From positions 37,358 through 101,357 of the forward strand of contig JALHPF010000012.1 of assembly GCA_022842595.1 (NCBI GenBank): 64,000 nucleotides of DNA, written 5' to 3'. Of the stretch, positions 56,052-64,000 are shown in pieces; within the stretch, counting starts at the first letter, position 1; each line of letters starts with the position of its first letter. Source of the DNA: Rubrivivax sp. GTDB taxonomy: Bacteria; Pseudomonadota; Gammaproteobacteria; Burkholderiales; Burkholderiaceae_C. A program made the translations under genes and the position numbers. The notes beneath the pieces were generated by a model. The model did not search any database. It was not told the DNA's origin and saw only the letters and a list, made by a program, of their open reading frames with translations.

Positions 56052-56945
56052 TCACAGCGGCAGCTCCACCTGGCGTTCGGCCACTGCCAGCCCCTGCACG
56101 ACGGGGCCCCGCTCGGGCTCGCCTTCGCCGCCGCGCAGCAACAATTGCACACGTACGCGCTGCCCGTCCTGGCCGTCACTCAGGGCCATGCCTTCTGCGG
56201 CAATGGCAAACCCCGGTCCACCTGAAACCACCTTCACGCGGTCGCCGGCGGCAAACCAGCGCCGCGCCTTCAAATCGGCAGGCAGCAGTGCCGAGCCGGC
56301 CGACACGGCGCGCGCCAACGTGCGGCCCACGGCGTCCTGCAGGTCCACCAGCGGGGCCTGCGGGCGCGCCGACCAGTCCACCGCAGTACGCTGCAGGTCG
56401 GCCTCGGTCAGCACGGCACCCGCTGGCAGCGGTGCCTTCAGGCTCAGCCCTCCAGCGCGCACCTGCACCTGCACCGGCAAGTACAGCGTCCAGGCCACCG
56501 GGCCCTGGGAGCAGCGCAGGCCGATGCGCGTGGCGCCCCAGGCAGGCACGCCTCGCGGCAGGAAGGGTTCGGCACGGGCACAGGGTGCGGGGTTCAGGCG
56601 TGGGTCCATCCGGCCCAGCGCAGCGTTGACTTCGGCACCTGCAGGCGCCAGGCGTTCGGCGGTCTGCTGGGCCAGCGCCAGCGCGCGCGCCAGATCGGCC
56701 GCCGGCAGGGCGGCCGGCACCTGGGCCGCAACCAGGCTGCTGGCGAATGCGGCCAGCGCGCTGGCCAGGGTTCGGCGCAGGGCAGGGCGCAGCGTGTGCG
56801 TCGGCGGATGCGTCAGCACGGGCAGTGGCAGTGGCAGTGGCAGTGGCAGGCGGTCTTTCACATGACGGATGCTGCCGCGTCCGGGCCGCTGCAAGGCGGC
56901 GAAATGGGGGGCAGTGGCGGCGCTTATCGCGCTCATGTCGGGCAC
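56052..56945 (-). CDS. flgA: flagellar P-ring assembly chaperone FlgA
   Basis: SAF-domain C-terminus (AVGRTLARAVSAGSALLPADL...GDRVKVVSGGPGFAIAAEGMALSDGQDGQRVRVQ). Start is ambiguous: GTG 56945, ATG 56936, GTG 56861 or GTG 56819. Only the last leaves a normal-sized divergent promoter region with flgB. Confidence 0.8.
   Translation of the reverse strand: MPDMSAISAATAPHFAALQRPGRGSIRHVKDRLPLPLPLPLPVLTHPPTHTLRPALRRTLASALAAFASSLVAAQVPAALPAADLARALALAQQTAERLAPAGAEVNAALGRMDPRLNPAPCARAEPFLPRGVPAWGATRIGLRCSQGPVAWTLYLPVQVQVRAGGLSLKAPLPAGAVLTEADLQRTAVDWSARPQAPLVDLQDAVGRTLARAVSAGSALLPADLKARRWFAAGDRVKVVSGGPGFAIAAEGMALSDGQDGQRVRVQLLLRGGEGEPERGPVVQGLAVAERQVELPL
56820..56849 (-). repeat. hexanucleotide tandem repeat (CTGCCA)x4 + CTGCCC
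   Basis: The plus strand reads gggcag(tggcag)x4. In the flgA frame it encodes LPLPLPLPLP. Confidence 0.9.
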
Positions 56946-56968
56946 CGGGCCTGCCCAGAATCCAGCCC

Positions 56969-57415
56969 ATGATCAACCGCCTGACCGATTCGCTGGACTT
57001 TCACGCACAAGCCTTGCAGCTGCGCGCCGAACGCCAGCGTGTGATCGCCAGCAACATCGCCAACGCCGACACGCCGGGCTACCAGGCACGTGACTTCGAC
57101 TTCGCCACCGCCCTGCGCAACGCCACCACGGCCATGGGCGCCGGCGCCGGCAGCAGCCGCACTTCGGCGCTGGCCGGCACGCTCGGCACCGACATCGCTG
57201 CCGGCGTGATGCGCCGCGCTGCCGACGGCAGGCCTGCACCCGAGCTGCGCTATGCCGTGCCCAGCCAGACCAGCGCCGACAGCAACACCGTCGACATGGA
57301 CCGCGAACGCGCCGCCTTCGTCGACAACAGCGTCAACTACGAGGCGACGCTGCGCTTCATCAACGGCAGCGTGCGCACCATGCTCGACGCCATGAAGAGC
57401 CCGAACCAGGGCTGA
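56969..57415 (+). CDS. flgB: flagellar basal-body rod protein FlgB
   Basis: Internal ATG 56969. QRVIASNIANADTPGYQARD and C-terminal VDMDRERAAFVDNSVNYEATL. Confidence 0.9.
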   Translation: MINRLTDSLDFHAQALQLRAERQRVIASNIANADTPGYQARDFDFATALRNATTAMGAGAGSSRTSALAGTLGTDIAAGVMRRAADGRPAPELRYAVPSQTSADSNTVDMDRERAAFVDNSVNYEATLRFINGSVRTMLDAMKSPNQG

Positions 57416-57429
57416 ACGGGAGCTGAACC

Positions 57430-57858
57430 ATGAGCATGATGAGGATCTTCGACGTTGCCGGCAGCGCCGTCAGCGCCCAGAGCCAGCGCCTGAACGTGGT
57501 GGCCAGCAACCTGGCCAACGTCGACACCGTGGCCGGGCCTGACGGCAGCAGCTACAAGGCACGCCAGGTCGTCTTCCAGACCTTGATGCTGGGTGCAGCC
57601 GGCGCCGGCACGCCCAGCCAGGCCAGCGCCGGGGTGCAGGTCAGCGCCATCACCGAAAGTGCCGAGCCCGGCCGCCGCGTGCGCGACCCGGCCCACCCCA
57701 ATGCCGACGGTGAAGGCTATGTCACCTACAGCAACGTCAGCGCCGTGGACGAGATGGTCAACATGATGTCGGCCTCGCGTTCGTACCAGAACAACGTCGA
57801 GGTCATGAACACGGCACGCAGCCTGCTGCTGAAGACCTTGCAGATCGGACAAGGTTGA
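57430..57858 (+). CDS. flgC: flagellar basal-body rod protein FlgC
   Basis: FDVAGSAVSAQSQRLNVVASNLANVDT... and C-terminal YVTYSNVSAVDEMVNMMSASRSYQNNVEV. Confidence 0.9.
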   Translation: MSMMRIFDVAGSAVSAQSQRLNVVASNLANVDTVAGPDGSSYKARQVVFQTLMLGAAGAGTPSQASAGVQVSAITESAEPGRRVRDPAHPNADGEGYVTYSNVSAVDEMVNMMSASRSYQNNVEVMNTARSLLLKTLQIGQG

Positions 57859-57860
57859 TC

Positions 57861-58526
57861 ATGGCCACCACCGTCGACAACTACGCGTCGCTGAACCCGG
57901 TCAGTCCGGTCAGTGCCAAGACCAACGCCTTCGAGGCCGGCAGCGCCGAGCGTTTCCTGAAGCTGCTGGTCACGCAGATGCAGAACCAGGACCCGCTGAA
58001 CCCGGCCGACAACGCCCAGATCACGAGCCAGATGGCGCAGATCAATACCGTCAGCGGCATCGAGACGCTGAACACCACGGTCGAGGGCCTGAACAGCCGC
58101 TTCGCGCAGATGCAGCAGATGCAGGGCGCCTCGCTGGTGGGCCGCGACATCACCGTGCCCGGCGACAAGCTGGCCTACACGGCCGACGCGGGCGTCGGCG
58201 GCTTCGACCTCGCCGGCGCGGCCGACAAGGTGAAGGTGGAAGTCCTCGGCCAGGGTGGCCGCGTCGTCGACACGCTCGAATTCGGCAAGGCCAGCGCCGG
58301 ACTGAACGGCTTTGCCTGGCAGCCCAGTGTCGGCAAGCTGCCAGCCGCCGCCGATGGCTACCGCTTCCGTGTGACGGCTTCCCTCGGTGGTGTCGCCGTT
58401 GCCGCCAATCCGATGATGCGCGACCACGTCGACGCCGTGTCCATCAGCGGCGACCGCCTGCAGCTGGAGACCACGGTGTCCGGCCGCATCGACTACAGCG
58501 CCGTGCGCGCAGTCAACGGCGGCTGA
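57861..58526 (+). CDS. flgD: flagellar hook capping protein FlgD
   Basis: FLKLLVTQMQNQDPLNPADNAQITSQMAQINTV motif. ATG 57861 is preferred over the listed TTG 57855. Confidence 0.85.
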   Translation: MATTVDNYASLNPVSPVSAKTNAFEAGSAERFLKLLVTQMQNQDPLNPADNAQITSQMAQINTVSGIETLNTTVEGLNSRFAQMQQMQGASLVGRDITVPGDKLAYTADAGVGGFDLAGAADKVKVEVLGQGGRVVDTLEFGKASAGLNGFAWQPSVGKLPAAADGYRFRVTASLGGVAVAANPMMRDHVDAVSISGDRLQLETTVSGRIDYSAVRAVNGG

Positions 58527-58591
58527 CCGCCAGCGCCGCGCGCCCCCATTTTCCGAATCGCCCCGTCCCTCAGCTTCCCGAAAGAACCCCC

Positions 58592-59875
58592 ATGAGCTTC
58601 CAGCAAGGTTTGTCCGGCCTGAACGCCAGCAGCAAGAACCTGAGCGTGATCGGCAACAACATCGCCAACGCCAACACCTACGGCAGCAAGGCCTCGCGCG
58701 CCGAATTTGCCGATGTCTATGCGGCTTCGCTCAACGGTGCCGGCACCAACAACATCGGTATCGGCACGAACCTGGTGTCGGTCGCCCAGCAGTTCACGCA
58801 GGGCAACATCACGACCACGGAAAACCCGATGGACCTGGCCATCAACGGTGGCGGCTTCTTCCAGATGACCGACGGCGCCAACCCGCCGCAGTACACCCGC
58901 AACGGCCAGTTCAAGGTCGATCGCGAAGGCTACTTCGTGAACAACGCGCAGCTGCGACTGATGGGCTACCCGGCCGACTCCAACGGCGTCATCCAGCCGG
59001 GCCAGGCCGTGCCGCTGCAATTGCCCACGGGGGGTGTCGAACCCCAGGCGACGACCGGCATCCAGCTGCAGGCCAACCTCGATTCACGCCTGAGTGCCAC
59101 GGGGCTGTCGGCCACACCGGGCATCGACTTCAACGACTCCACCACCTACAACACCGCCACGTCGCTGACGGTGTTCGACCTGCGGGGCCAGGAAGTGGCG
59201 CTCACGCTGTACTTCCAGCGCACCGACACGGTGGACCCGGCCGGCCCGAGCACGATCGAGTGGAACGTGTTCGCCACCGCCAACGGCCTGCCCGTGGGCG
59301 GTGACCCGGCGACGCCGATCACGACGATGGTGTTCCCCGCCGACGGTAGTGCGCCGGTGTCACCCACCGACCCGGTGGTGCTGCCGCAGATCATTGCCGG
59401 CAACAACCTGCAGGGTGCGGTGATCGTGCCCATCGACAACGTCGAACTCGACCTCTCGGCCGTCACCCAGTTCGGATCGCCTTTCGGCGTGACCGACCTG
59501 CAGCAGGACGGTTTCTCGGCCGGGCAGCTGACGTCGGTGAGCGTCGAATCCAACGGCATCATCATGGCCCGCTACAGCAACGGCCGGTCGCGGCCGGCCG
59601 GGCAGGTCGAGATCGCCACCTTCCGCAACCCGCAGGGTCTGCAACCGATGGGCGACAACATGTGGGCGTCGACCTTCGCGTCCAACGAAGCCGTGCGCGG
59701 TGTTCCTGGCGACGGCAACCTGGGGGTGCTGCAGGCCGGTGCGCTGGAAGAGTCGAACGTCGACCTGACCGGCGAGCTCGTCAACATGATCACTGCCCAG
59801 CGCATCTATCAGGCCAACGCACAGACGATCAAGACCCAGGACCAGGTGCTGCAGACTCTGGTGAACCTGCGTTGA
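58592..59875 (+). CDS. flgE: flagellar hook protein FlgE
   Basis: MSFQQGLSGLNASSKNLSVIGNNIANANTYG N-terminus and LVNMITAQRIYQANAQTIKTQDQVLQTLVNLR C-terminus. Confidence 0.9.
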   Translation: MSFQQGLSGLNASSKNLSVIGNNIANANTYGSKASRAEFADVYAASLNGAGTNNIGIGTNLVSVAQQFTQGNITTTENPMDLAINGGGFFQMTDGANPPQYTRNGQFKVDREGYFVNNAQLRLMGYPADSNGVIQPGQAVPLQLPTGGVEPQATTGIQLQANLDSRLSATGLSATPGIDFNDSTTYNTATSLTVFDLRGQEVALTLYFQRTDTVDPAGPSTIEWNVFATANGLPVGGDPATPITTMVFPADGSAPVSPTDPVVLPQIIAGNNLQGAVIVPIDNVELDLSAVTQFGSPFGVTDLQQDGFSAGQLTSVSVESNGIIMARYSNGRSRPAGQVEIATFRNPQGLQPMGDNMWASTFASNEAVRGVPGDGNLGVLQAGALEESNVDLTGELVNMITAQRIYQANAQTIKTQDQVLQTLVNLR

Positions 59876-59905
59876 TGCAGCCCCCGAGCTCGCTGGCGCT
59901 CGTTA

Positions 59906-59958
59906 CCCCCCAGGGGGGCCGTCCGCCAGCGGCCCGGCAGAGCCGGTTTGCGCGGCGG
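59906..59958. repeat. GC-rich REP-like element, copy B core (flgE|flgF junction)
   Basis: Shares CCCCCCAGGGGGGC and GCCAGCGGCCCGGCAGAGCCGGTT with copy A at 44486-44536. Confidence 0.6.
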
Positions 59959-59982
59959 TAAGCAAGAATCACCGAGGAAAGA

Positions 59983-60708
59983 ATGGATCGCCTGATCTAC
60001 ACCGCGCTGTCCGGGGCCAGGGCCACGCTGCAGCGCCAGGACCTGCTGGCCAACAACCTGGCCAATGTCTCGACCACGGGTTTCCGTGCCGAGATGCAGG
60101 CCTTCCGCGCCGTGCCGGTGCGCGGCGATGGTGCCAGCACACGCGCCTTCGCCGCCGAAACCAGCGTCGGCATGGACATGCGGCCCGGCCCCATCCAGAC
60201 CACCGGCCGGGCGCTGGACGTTGCCGCCCAGGGCAATGCCTGGTTCGCCGTGCAGGCGCTCGACGGCACCGAGGCCTACACCCGTGCCGGCGCCTTCCAG
60301 GTCAGCGCCGAAGGCCAGCTCGTCACGCCATCGGGCCTGCCGGTGCTGGGCGACGGCGGGCCGATCACGCTGCCGCTGAACGCCCAGGTCGATGTCGCGG
60401 CCGACGGCAGCATCACCACCACGGTCGGCAACGGCCGGCCGCAGCAGGCGGGCCGGCTGAAGCTGGTGGCCCCCGAGGGCGGGCTGACGCGCGGCGACGA
60501 CGGCCTGTTCCGCAGCGACCAGGGCGAGCTTCCTGCCGACGCTGCGGCGCGGGTGCAGCCGGGGGCGCTGGAGGGTTCGAACGTCAGTGCGATCGAAACG
60601 ATGGTCGCCATGATCTCGGCTGCGCGCCAGTTCGAGCAGCAGATGAAGGCGCTGAAGGGCGCCGAGGAACGCGAGCAGGGCGCGGCGAAGCTGCTCGCGC
60701 CGCAGTAG
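59983..60708 (+). CDS. flgF: flagellar proximal rod protein FlgF
   Basis: MDRLIYTALSGARATLQRQDLLANNLANVSTTGFRAEMQAF is an FlgF-type rather than FlgG-type N-terminus. C-terminal SNVSAIETMVAMISAARQFEQQ. Confidence 0.85.
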   Translation: MDRLIYTALSGARATLQRQDLLANNLANVSTTGFRAEMQAFRAVPVRGDGASTRAFAAETSVGMDMRPGPIQTTGRALDVAAQGNAWFAVQALDGTEAYTRAGAFQVSAEGQLVTPSGLPVLGDGGPITLPLNAQVDVAADGSITTTVGNGRPQQAGRLKLVAPEGGLTRGDDGLFRSDQGELPADAAARVQPGALEGSNVSAIETMVAMISAARQFEQQMKALKGAEEREQGAAKLLAPQ

Positions 60709-60734
60709 GCGGGCTTTTCCCCTTTTCCTTGCGT

Positions 60735-61559
60735 TCAGCTGCCCGGTTTCCGGGCCTGGGTGCAGGCCACCTGCAGCACCTCGCGCCGGCCGCCGTCGAC
60801 GCGCGCCGCGCTCAACCGGCCACCCCAGACGCAGCCCGTGTCCAGCGCCAGCAGGTCGGCGCGGTCGATCAGGCCGAGGGTGCTCCAGTGGCCGAAAGCC
60901 ATGGGCTGCTTCGCCGTGGCCCGGCCGGGCACTTCGAACCAGGGCATGAAGCCGGGTGGCGCAGCGGCCGCGCCTTCCTTGGTCTCGAAGTCCATCAGCC
61001 CGGCGACGCTGCAAAAGCGCAGCCGCGTGAGGGCGTTGACGATGACGCGCAGGCGGTCGGCACCCTGCAGGCTGTCGTGCCACTGCGCCGGCGCGTTGCC
61101 GTACATGGCTTGCAGGAAGGCCTGCAGGCCGGGCCCGCGCAGGGCCGACTGAACCTCGGCGGCCAGCGCCAGCGTCTGCGCGGTCGTCCAGCCGGGCAAC
61201 ACGCCGGCGTGCACGCACAGCCAGCCCGCTTCCAGGTGCGCCAGGCGCTGCTGGCGCAGCCAGTCGAGCAAGGCCGCGCCATCGGGTGCCGTCAGGATGT
61301 CGGCCACGGTATCGCCCCGGTGCGGCAGGCGCACGCCGCCGGCCATGGCCAGCAGGTGCAGGTCGTGGTTGCCCAGCAGGCAGGTGGCGGCAGGCCCCAG
61401 GGCCTGCAGGCGGCGCAGCGTCGCCAGCGAGTCGGGCCCGCGGTTGACGAGATCGCCCAGCAGCACCAGCCGGTCGCGTGACGGCGAGAAGCCGGCCTGG
61501 TCGAGCAGGGCCTGCAAGGCTGAGTCGCAGCCCTGGATGTCGCCAATCAGCAGAATCAT
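60735..61559 (-). CDS. apaH: symmetrical bis(5'-nucleosyl)-tetraphosphatase
   Basis: Metallophosphatase motifs GDIQGC, GDLVNRGP and GNHD, and a C-terminal GHW...DTGCVWGG. Confidence 0.9.
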   Translation of the reverse strand: MILLIGDIQGCDSALQALLDQAGFSPSRDRLVLLGDLVNRGPDSLATLRRLQALGPAATCLLGNHDLHLLAMAGGVRLPHRGDTVADILTAPDGAALLDWLRQQRLAHLEAGWLCVHAGVLPGWTTAQTLALAAEVQSALRGPGLQAFLQAMYGNAPAQWHDSLQGADRLRVIVNALTRLRFCSVAGLMDFETKEGAAAAPPGFMPWFEVPGRATAKQPMAFGHWSTLGLIDRADLLALDTGCVWGGRLSAARVDGGRREVLQVACTQARKPGS

Positions 61560-61572
61560 CGGGTGATTCTGC
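61550..61572. promoter_or_regulatory. 9-bp perfect inverted repeat spanning the apaH start codon
   Basis: GCAGAATCA-tcggg-TGATTCTGC. The apaH ATG (61559-61557 on the minus strand) lies in and next to one arm. Confidence 0.45.
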
Positions 61573-61624
61573 TACCCTTGGCGGCCCCACAACTGCCACC
61601 ACGGCCTATCGGACCGTGGCGAGC

Positions 61625-62926
61625 ATGGACGTCGCCTTACTTGTCTTCCTGATTCTTCTCAACGGTCTGTTCGCCATGTCGGAAATGGCGCTCACTGCCA
61701 GCCGCAAGGCCCGGCTGCAGGTCATGGTGGAAAGCGGCGAGTCCGGCGCCCAGGCGGCGATGGACCTGCACGACAACCCGACCAAGTTCCTGTCGACGGT
61801 GCAGATCGGCATCACTTCGATCGGGGTGCTGAACGGCATCGTCGGCGAGGCTGCCTTCTCGCAACCGCTGGCGCGCTGGCTGGTCGACGACTTCAGCATC
61901 GCCCAGGGCGCTGCCAGCATCGGTGCAACCGGCCTGGTGGTGGTGATCATCACCATCCTCACCATCATCTTCGGCGAACTCGTGCCCAAGCGGGTGGGCC
62001 AGATGTTCCCGGAAACCGTGGCCCGGCTGGTGTCGCGACCGATGAACTTTCTGTCTTCGGCCACCCGCCCGCTTGTGGCGCTACTGAGCGTCTGCACCAC
62101 GGCCGTGCTCGGGCTCTTGGGCATCAAGGGCGGACCGAACCGGTCGGTGACGGAAGAGGAGATCAACGCCAGCCTGGAGGAAGGCCTGGATGCCGGCGTC
62201 ATCGAGGCCCAGGAACACCAGATGGTCCGCAACGTGTTCCGGCTGGACGACCGGCAGATCGGCTCGATGATGATTCCGCGCGCGGAAATCGTCTGGCTCG
62301 ACGCCGCCGACCCGGTGGCCACGCAGCTTCAAGCCATGGCCGACAGCGGCCACACCCGTTTCCCCGTGTGCCGCGGCGGGCTTGACGACGTCATCGGCGT
62401 GATCGGTGCGCAGAACCTGCTGCTGCCGCTGGCACGTGGTGAACAGCCGCAGCTGGCCGACCACCTGCAGCCCCCCGTCTTCGTGCCAGAAACCCTGTCG
62501 GGCATGGAACTGCTGGAGCACTTCCGCCAGACCAGCGCCGACCTGGTGTTCGTCGTCGACGAGTACGGCGCGGTGCAGGGCGTCATCACCGAACGCGACC
62601 TGCTCGAGGCCATCACCGGCGAATTCGGCACCGAGACCGACGAGAATGCCTGGGCCGTGCAGCGCGAGGACGGCAGCTGGCTGATGGACGGGCTGATCCC
62701 CGTGCCCGAACTGAAGGACCGCCTCGAACTGAAAGACCTGCCCGACGAAGACCGCGGGCGCTACAACACCCTTGCCGGCATGGTGATGCTGTTGCTGGGG
62801 CGCCTGCCGCAGACGGCCGACGCCGTGCAGTGGGAAGGCTGGCGCTTCGAGGTCGTGGACCTCGATGGCAAGCGGGTCGACAAGGTGCTCGTCACCGCCA
62901 CCGAAAACTCTGGAGAAAAGACTTGA
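61625..62926 (+). CDS. CNNM/CorC-type transporter (DUF21 + CBS pair + CorC_HlyC)
   Basis: Internal ATG 61625. LLNGLFAMSEMALTASRKARL (DUF21), CBS region and a C-terminal transporter-associated domain. Confidence 0.85.
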   Translation: MDVALLVFLILLNGLFAMSEMALTASRKARLQVMVESGESGAQAAMDLHDNPTKFLSTVQIGITSIGVLNGIVGEAAFSQPLARWLVDDFSIAQGAASIGATGLVVVIITILTIIFGELVPKRVGQMFPETVARLVSRPMNFLSSATRPLVALLSVCTTAVLGLLGIKGGPNRSVTEEEINASLEEGLDAGVIEAQEHQMVRNVFRLDDRQIGSMMIPRAEIVWLDAADPVATQLQAMADSGHTRFPVCRGGLDDVIGVIGAQNLLLPLARGEQPQLADHLQPPVFVPETLSGMELLEHFRQTSADLVFVVDEYGAVQGVITERDLLEAITGEFGTETDENAWAVQREDGSWLMDGLIPVPELKDRLELKDLPDEDRGRYNTLAGMVMLLLGRLPQTADAVQWEGWRFEVVDLDGKRVDKVLVTATENSGEKT

Positions 62927-63690
62927 TCATCGAAGCCCTGCACACCAGCCCGATGGCGCTGGACCGCGACCAGCACCGCCAGCTGAAGCTGCAGCTGCCC
63001 ATCACCGATTGGCGGGTGGCCGGGCGGCTGAACGCGCTGTTTGTCGCCGCCGTCGAGTTTGCCGACATCGCACGTGAATTCCCGATCGTCTTCGTGCGCG
63101 CCGGCAAGGAAGCCGACGGCCGCGACCAGATCGCGCCGATTGCCGTTCTCGGCCTGCTGGCCAACCAGAACCTGTACGAGAAGGCAGGCGAGTGGCGCGC
63201 CAGCTACGTGCCGGCGGTGCTGCGCTGCTACCCCTTCTGCATCGGCCGCATCGACGCCGAGAAGTTCGCGATCTGCGTGGACACGGCCTGGCCCGGTGCG
63301 CAGGCCGAGACCGGCGCGCCGGTCTTCCAGGACGACGGCCAGCCCACCGAACTGCTGACCGCGATGCAGAAGCACCTGGAGAACCTCGAAGCCGAGATCC
63401 AGCGTACCCGCCTCGTGGGCCAGCGCCTGCAGGAATTCGACCTGCTGCGCGAGATGCGTTTCGACGCCACGCTGGCCGATGGCAGCCAGCACAGCCTGGA
63501 CGGCTTCCTCACCGTCGACGAGGAAAAGATGCAGGCGCTGCCCGACGCGGTGGTGGGCCAGCTGCACCGCGAGGGCATCCTCGGCCTGGTGCACGCGCAC
63601 TGGCTGTCGATGGGCCACATGCGCCGCCTGGTCGACTGGCACGCCGAGCGCAATGTGAAGCTGGCGCCGGCCGAAGCCGCGAACAGCTAG
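62923..63690 (+). CDS. SapC family protein
   Basis: Motifs FADIAREFPIVFV, VPAVLRCYPF and FLTVDEEKMQALPD resemble the SapC family. Start proposed at TTG 62923, forming TTGA with the upstream stop; ATG 62953 is an alternative. Confidence 0.7.
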   Translation: MIIEALHTSPMALDRDQHRQLKLQLPITDWRVAGRLNALFVAAVEFADIAREFPIVFVRAGKEADGRDQIAPIAVLGLLANQNLYEKAGEWRASYVPAVLRCYPFCIGRIDAEKFAICVDTAWPGAQAETGAPVFQDDGQPTELLTAMQKHLENLEAEIQRTRLVGQRLQEFDLLREMRFDATLADGSQHSLDGFLTVDEEKMQALPDAVVGQLHREGILGLVHAHWLSMGHMRRLVDWHAERNVKLAPAEAANS

Positions 63691-63691
63691 C

Positions 63692-63985
63692 TCAGAGCGC
63701 GCTGCGGCGCAGCGGGGTGGCGTCTTCAGCGGCGCCGGCATTCGCTGCCGCCTGCGGCGAACGCAGCACACCCAGCACGCCGGCGGCGTCGGGCTGGGTC
63801 TTGGCCACCCAGTCGTCGAAGCGTTCGCGTGCGGCCTGGCCGTAGCGCTGGTAGACCTTCATGCCGACCCAGGCCACCAGGGCCAGCACGATCAACGTCT
63901 TGGCAGCGCGGCCGATGGCCACCACGGTGGCGATGCCCATGCCCAGCGCCACCCACTTCACCCACCAGGTGCCGCTGTAGGTCAT
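63692..63985 (-). CDS. hypothetical small membrane protein (possibly 5'-incomplete at window edge)
   Basis: Two predicted TM helices. The frame stays open upstream of ATG 63985 to the window end, so the true start may lie outside the window. Confidence 0.35.
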   Translation of the reverse strand: MTYSGTWWVKWVALGMGIATVVAIGRAAKTLIVLALVAWVGMKVYQRYGQAARERFDDWVAKTQPDAAGVLGVLRSPQAAANAGAAEDATPLRRSAL

Positions 63986-64000
63986 CGCGTTGATGACCCA

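Noticed and set aside
56820-56849. Possibility that the hexamer repeat, or the 39-bp-period cheZ repeat, represents a CRISPR or minisatellite array
   Set aside because: The units are 6 bp (5 copies) and 22 bp (2 copies) with no spacer architecture and no cas genes. These are simple tandem or direct repeats.
59809-61602. 597-aa ORF antisense to flgF and out of frame with apaH
   Set aside because: It is opposite or overlapping well-supported genes and has artefact composition.
61606-61613. TCCGATAG (minus strand) upstream of apaH, resembling a sigma28 -10 element
   Set aside because: No TCAAG/TAAAG-like -35 lies 14-15 nt upstream (the sequence there is ACGTC/GACGT). apaH is not a motility gene. 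Judged a chance match.

Overview
High-GC (about 70%) chromosomal segment whose gene content and order look like a betaproteobacterium of the order Burkholderiales; that placement is an inference from synteny and protein motifs only. Gene packing is tight. I saw no rRNA or tRNA genes, CRISPR arrays, transposases, integrases or phage genes.

Positions 1-39,961 are housekeeping genes: ggt (cut by the window edge), argF-argD, rpsT, murJ, hda, pcnB-folK, rpsP-rimM-trmD-rplS, rsgA, orn, an aotQMOP-like amino-acid ABC operon, ppk1-sixA-ppx, selO, xseB-ispA-dxs, folE2 and others.

Positions 40,188-60,708 are a flagellar/motility regulon: flhDC, motAB, cheYZ, flhBAF plus an flhG-like gene, fliA, flgNMA (minus strand) and flgBCDEF. 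The window ends with apaH, a CNNM/CorC-type transporter and sapC.

I found no large unexplained gene island. The items most worth follow-up all sit inside the flagellar region:
- A recurring sigma28-type promoter word (TCAAG/TAAAG-N14-15-xCCGATAA/G) occurs upstream of motA, cheY, flgM and an HD-GYP-like gene. One further copy fires directly into an intrinsic terminator just downstream of flhC, giving a candidate sRNA of about 70 nt with a CUCCUCC motif.
- Three proteins with signalling or ATPase folds have lost their catalytic motifs: an HD-GYP-like protein, an FlhG/MinD-like protein with no Walker A motif, and a membrane-anchored pseudokinase in the flgAMN cluster.
- A GC-rich REP-like element sits at the motA|motB and flgE|flgF junctions.
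- An in-frame hexanucleotide repeat lies at the flgA 5' end.
- The flg operon stops after flgF.

All calls come from reading the ORF translations and DNA by eye. No database search was run. Many long ORFs antisense to real genes are treated as high-GC artefacts.
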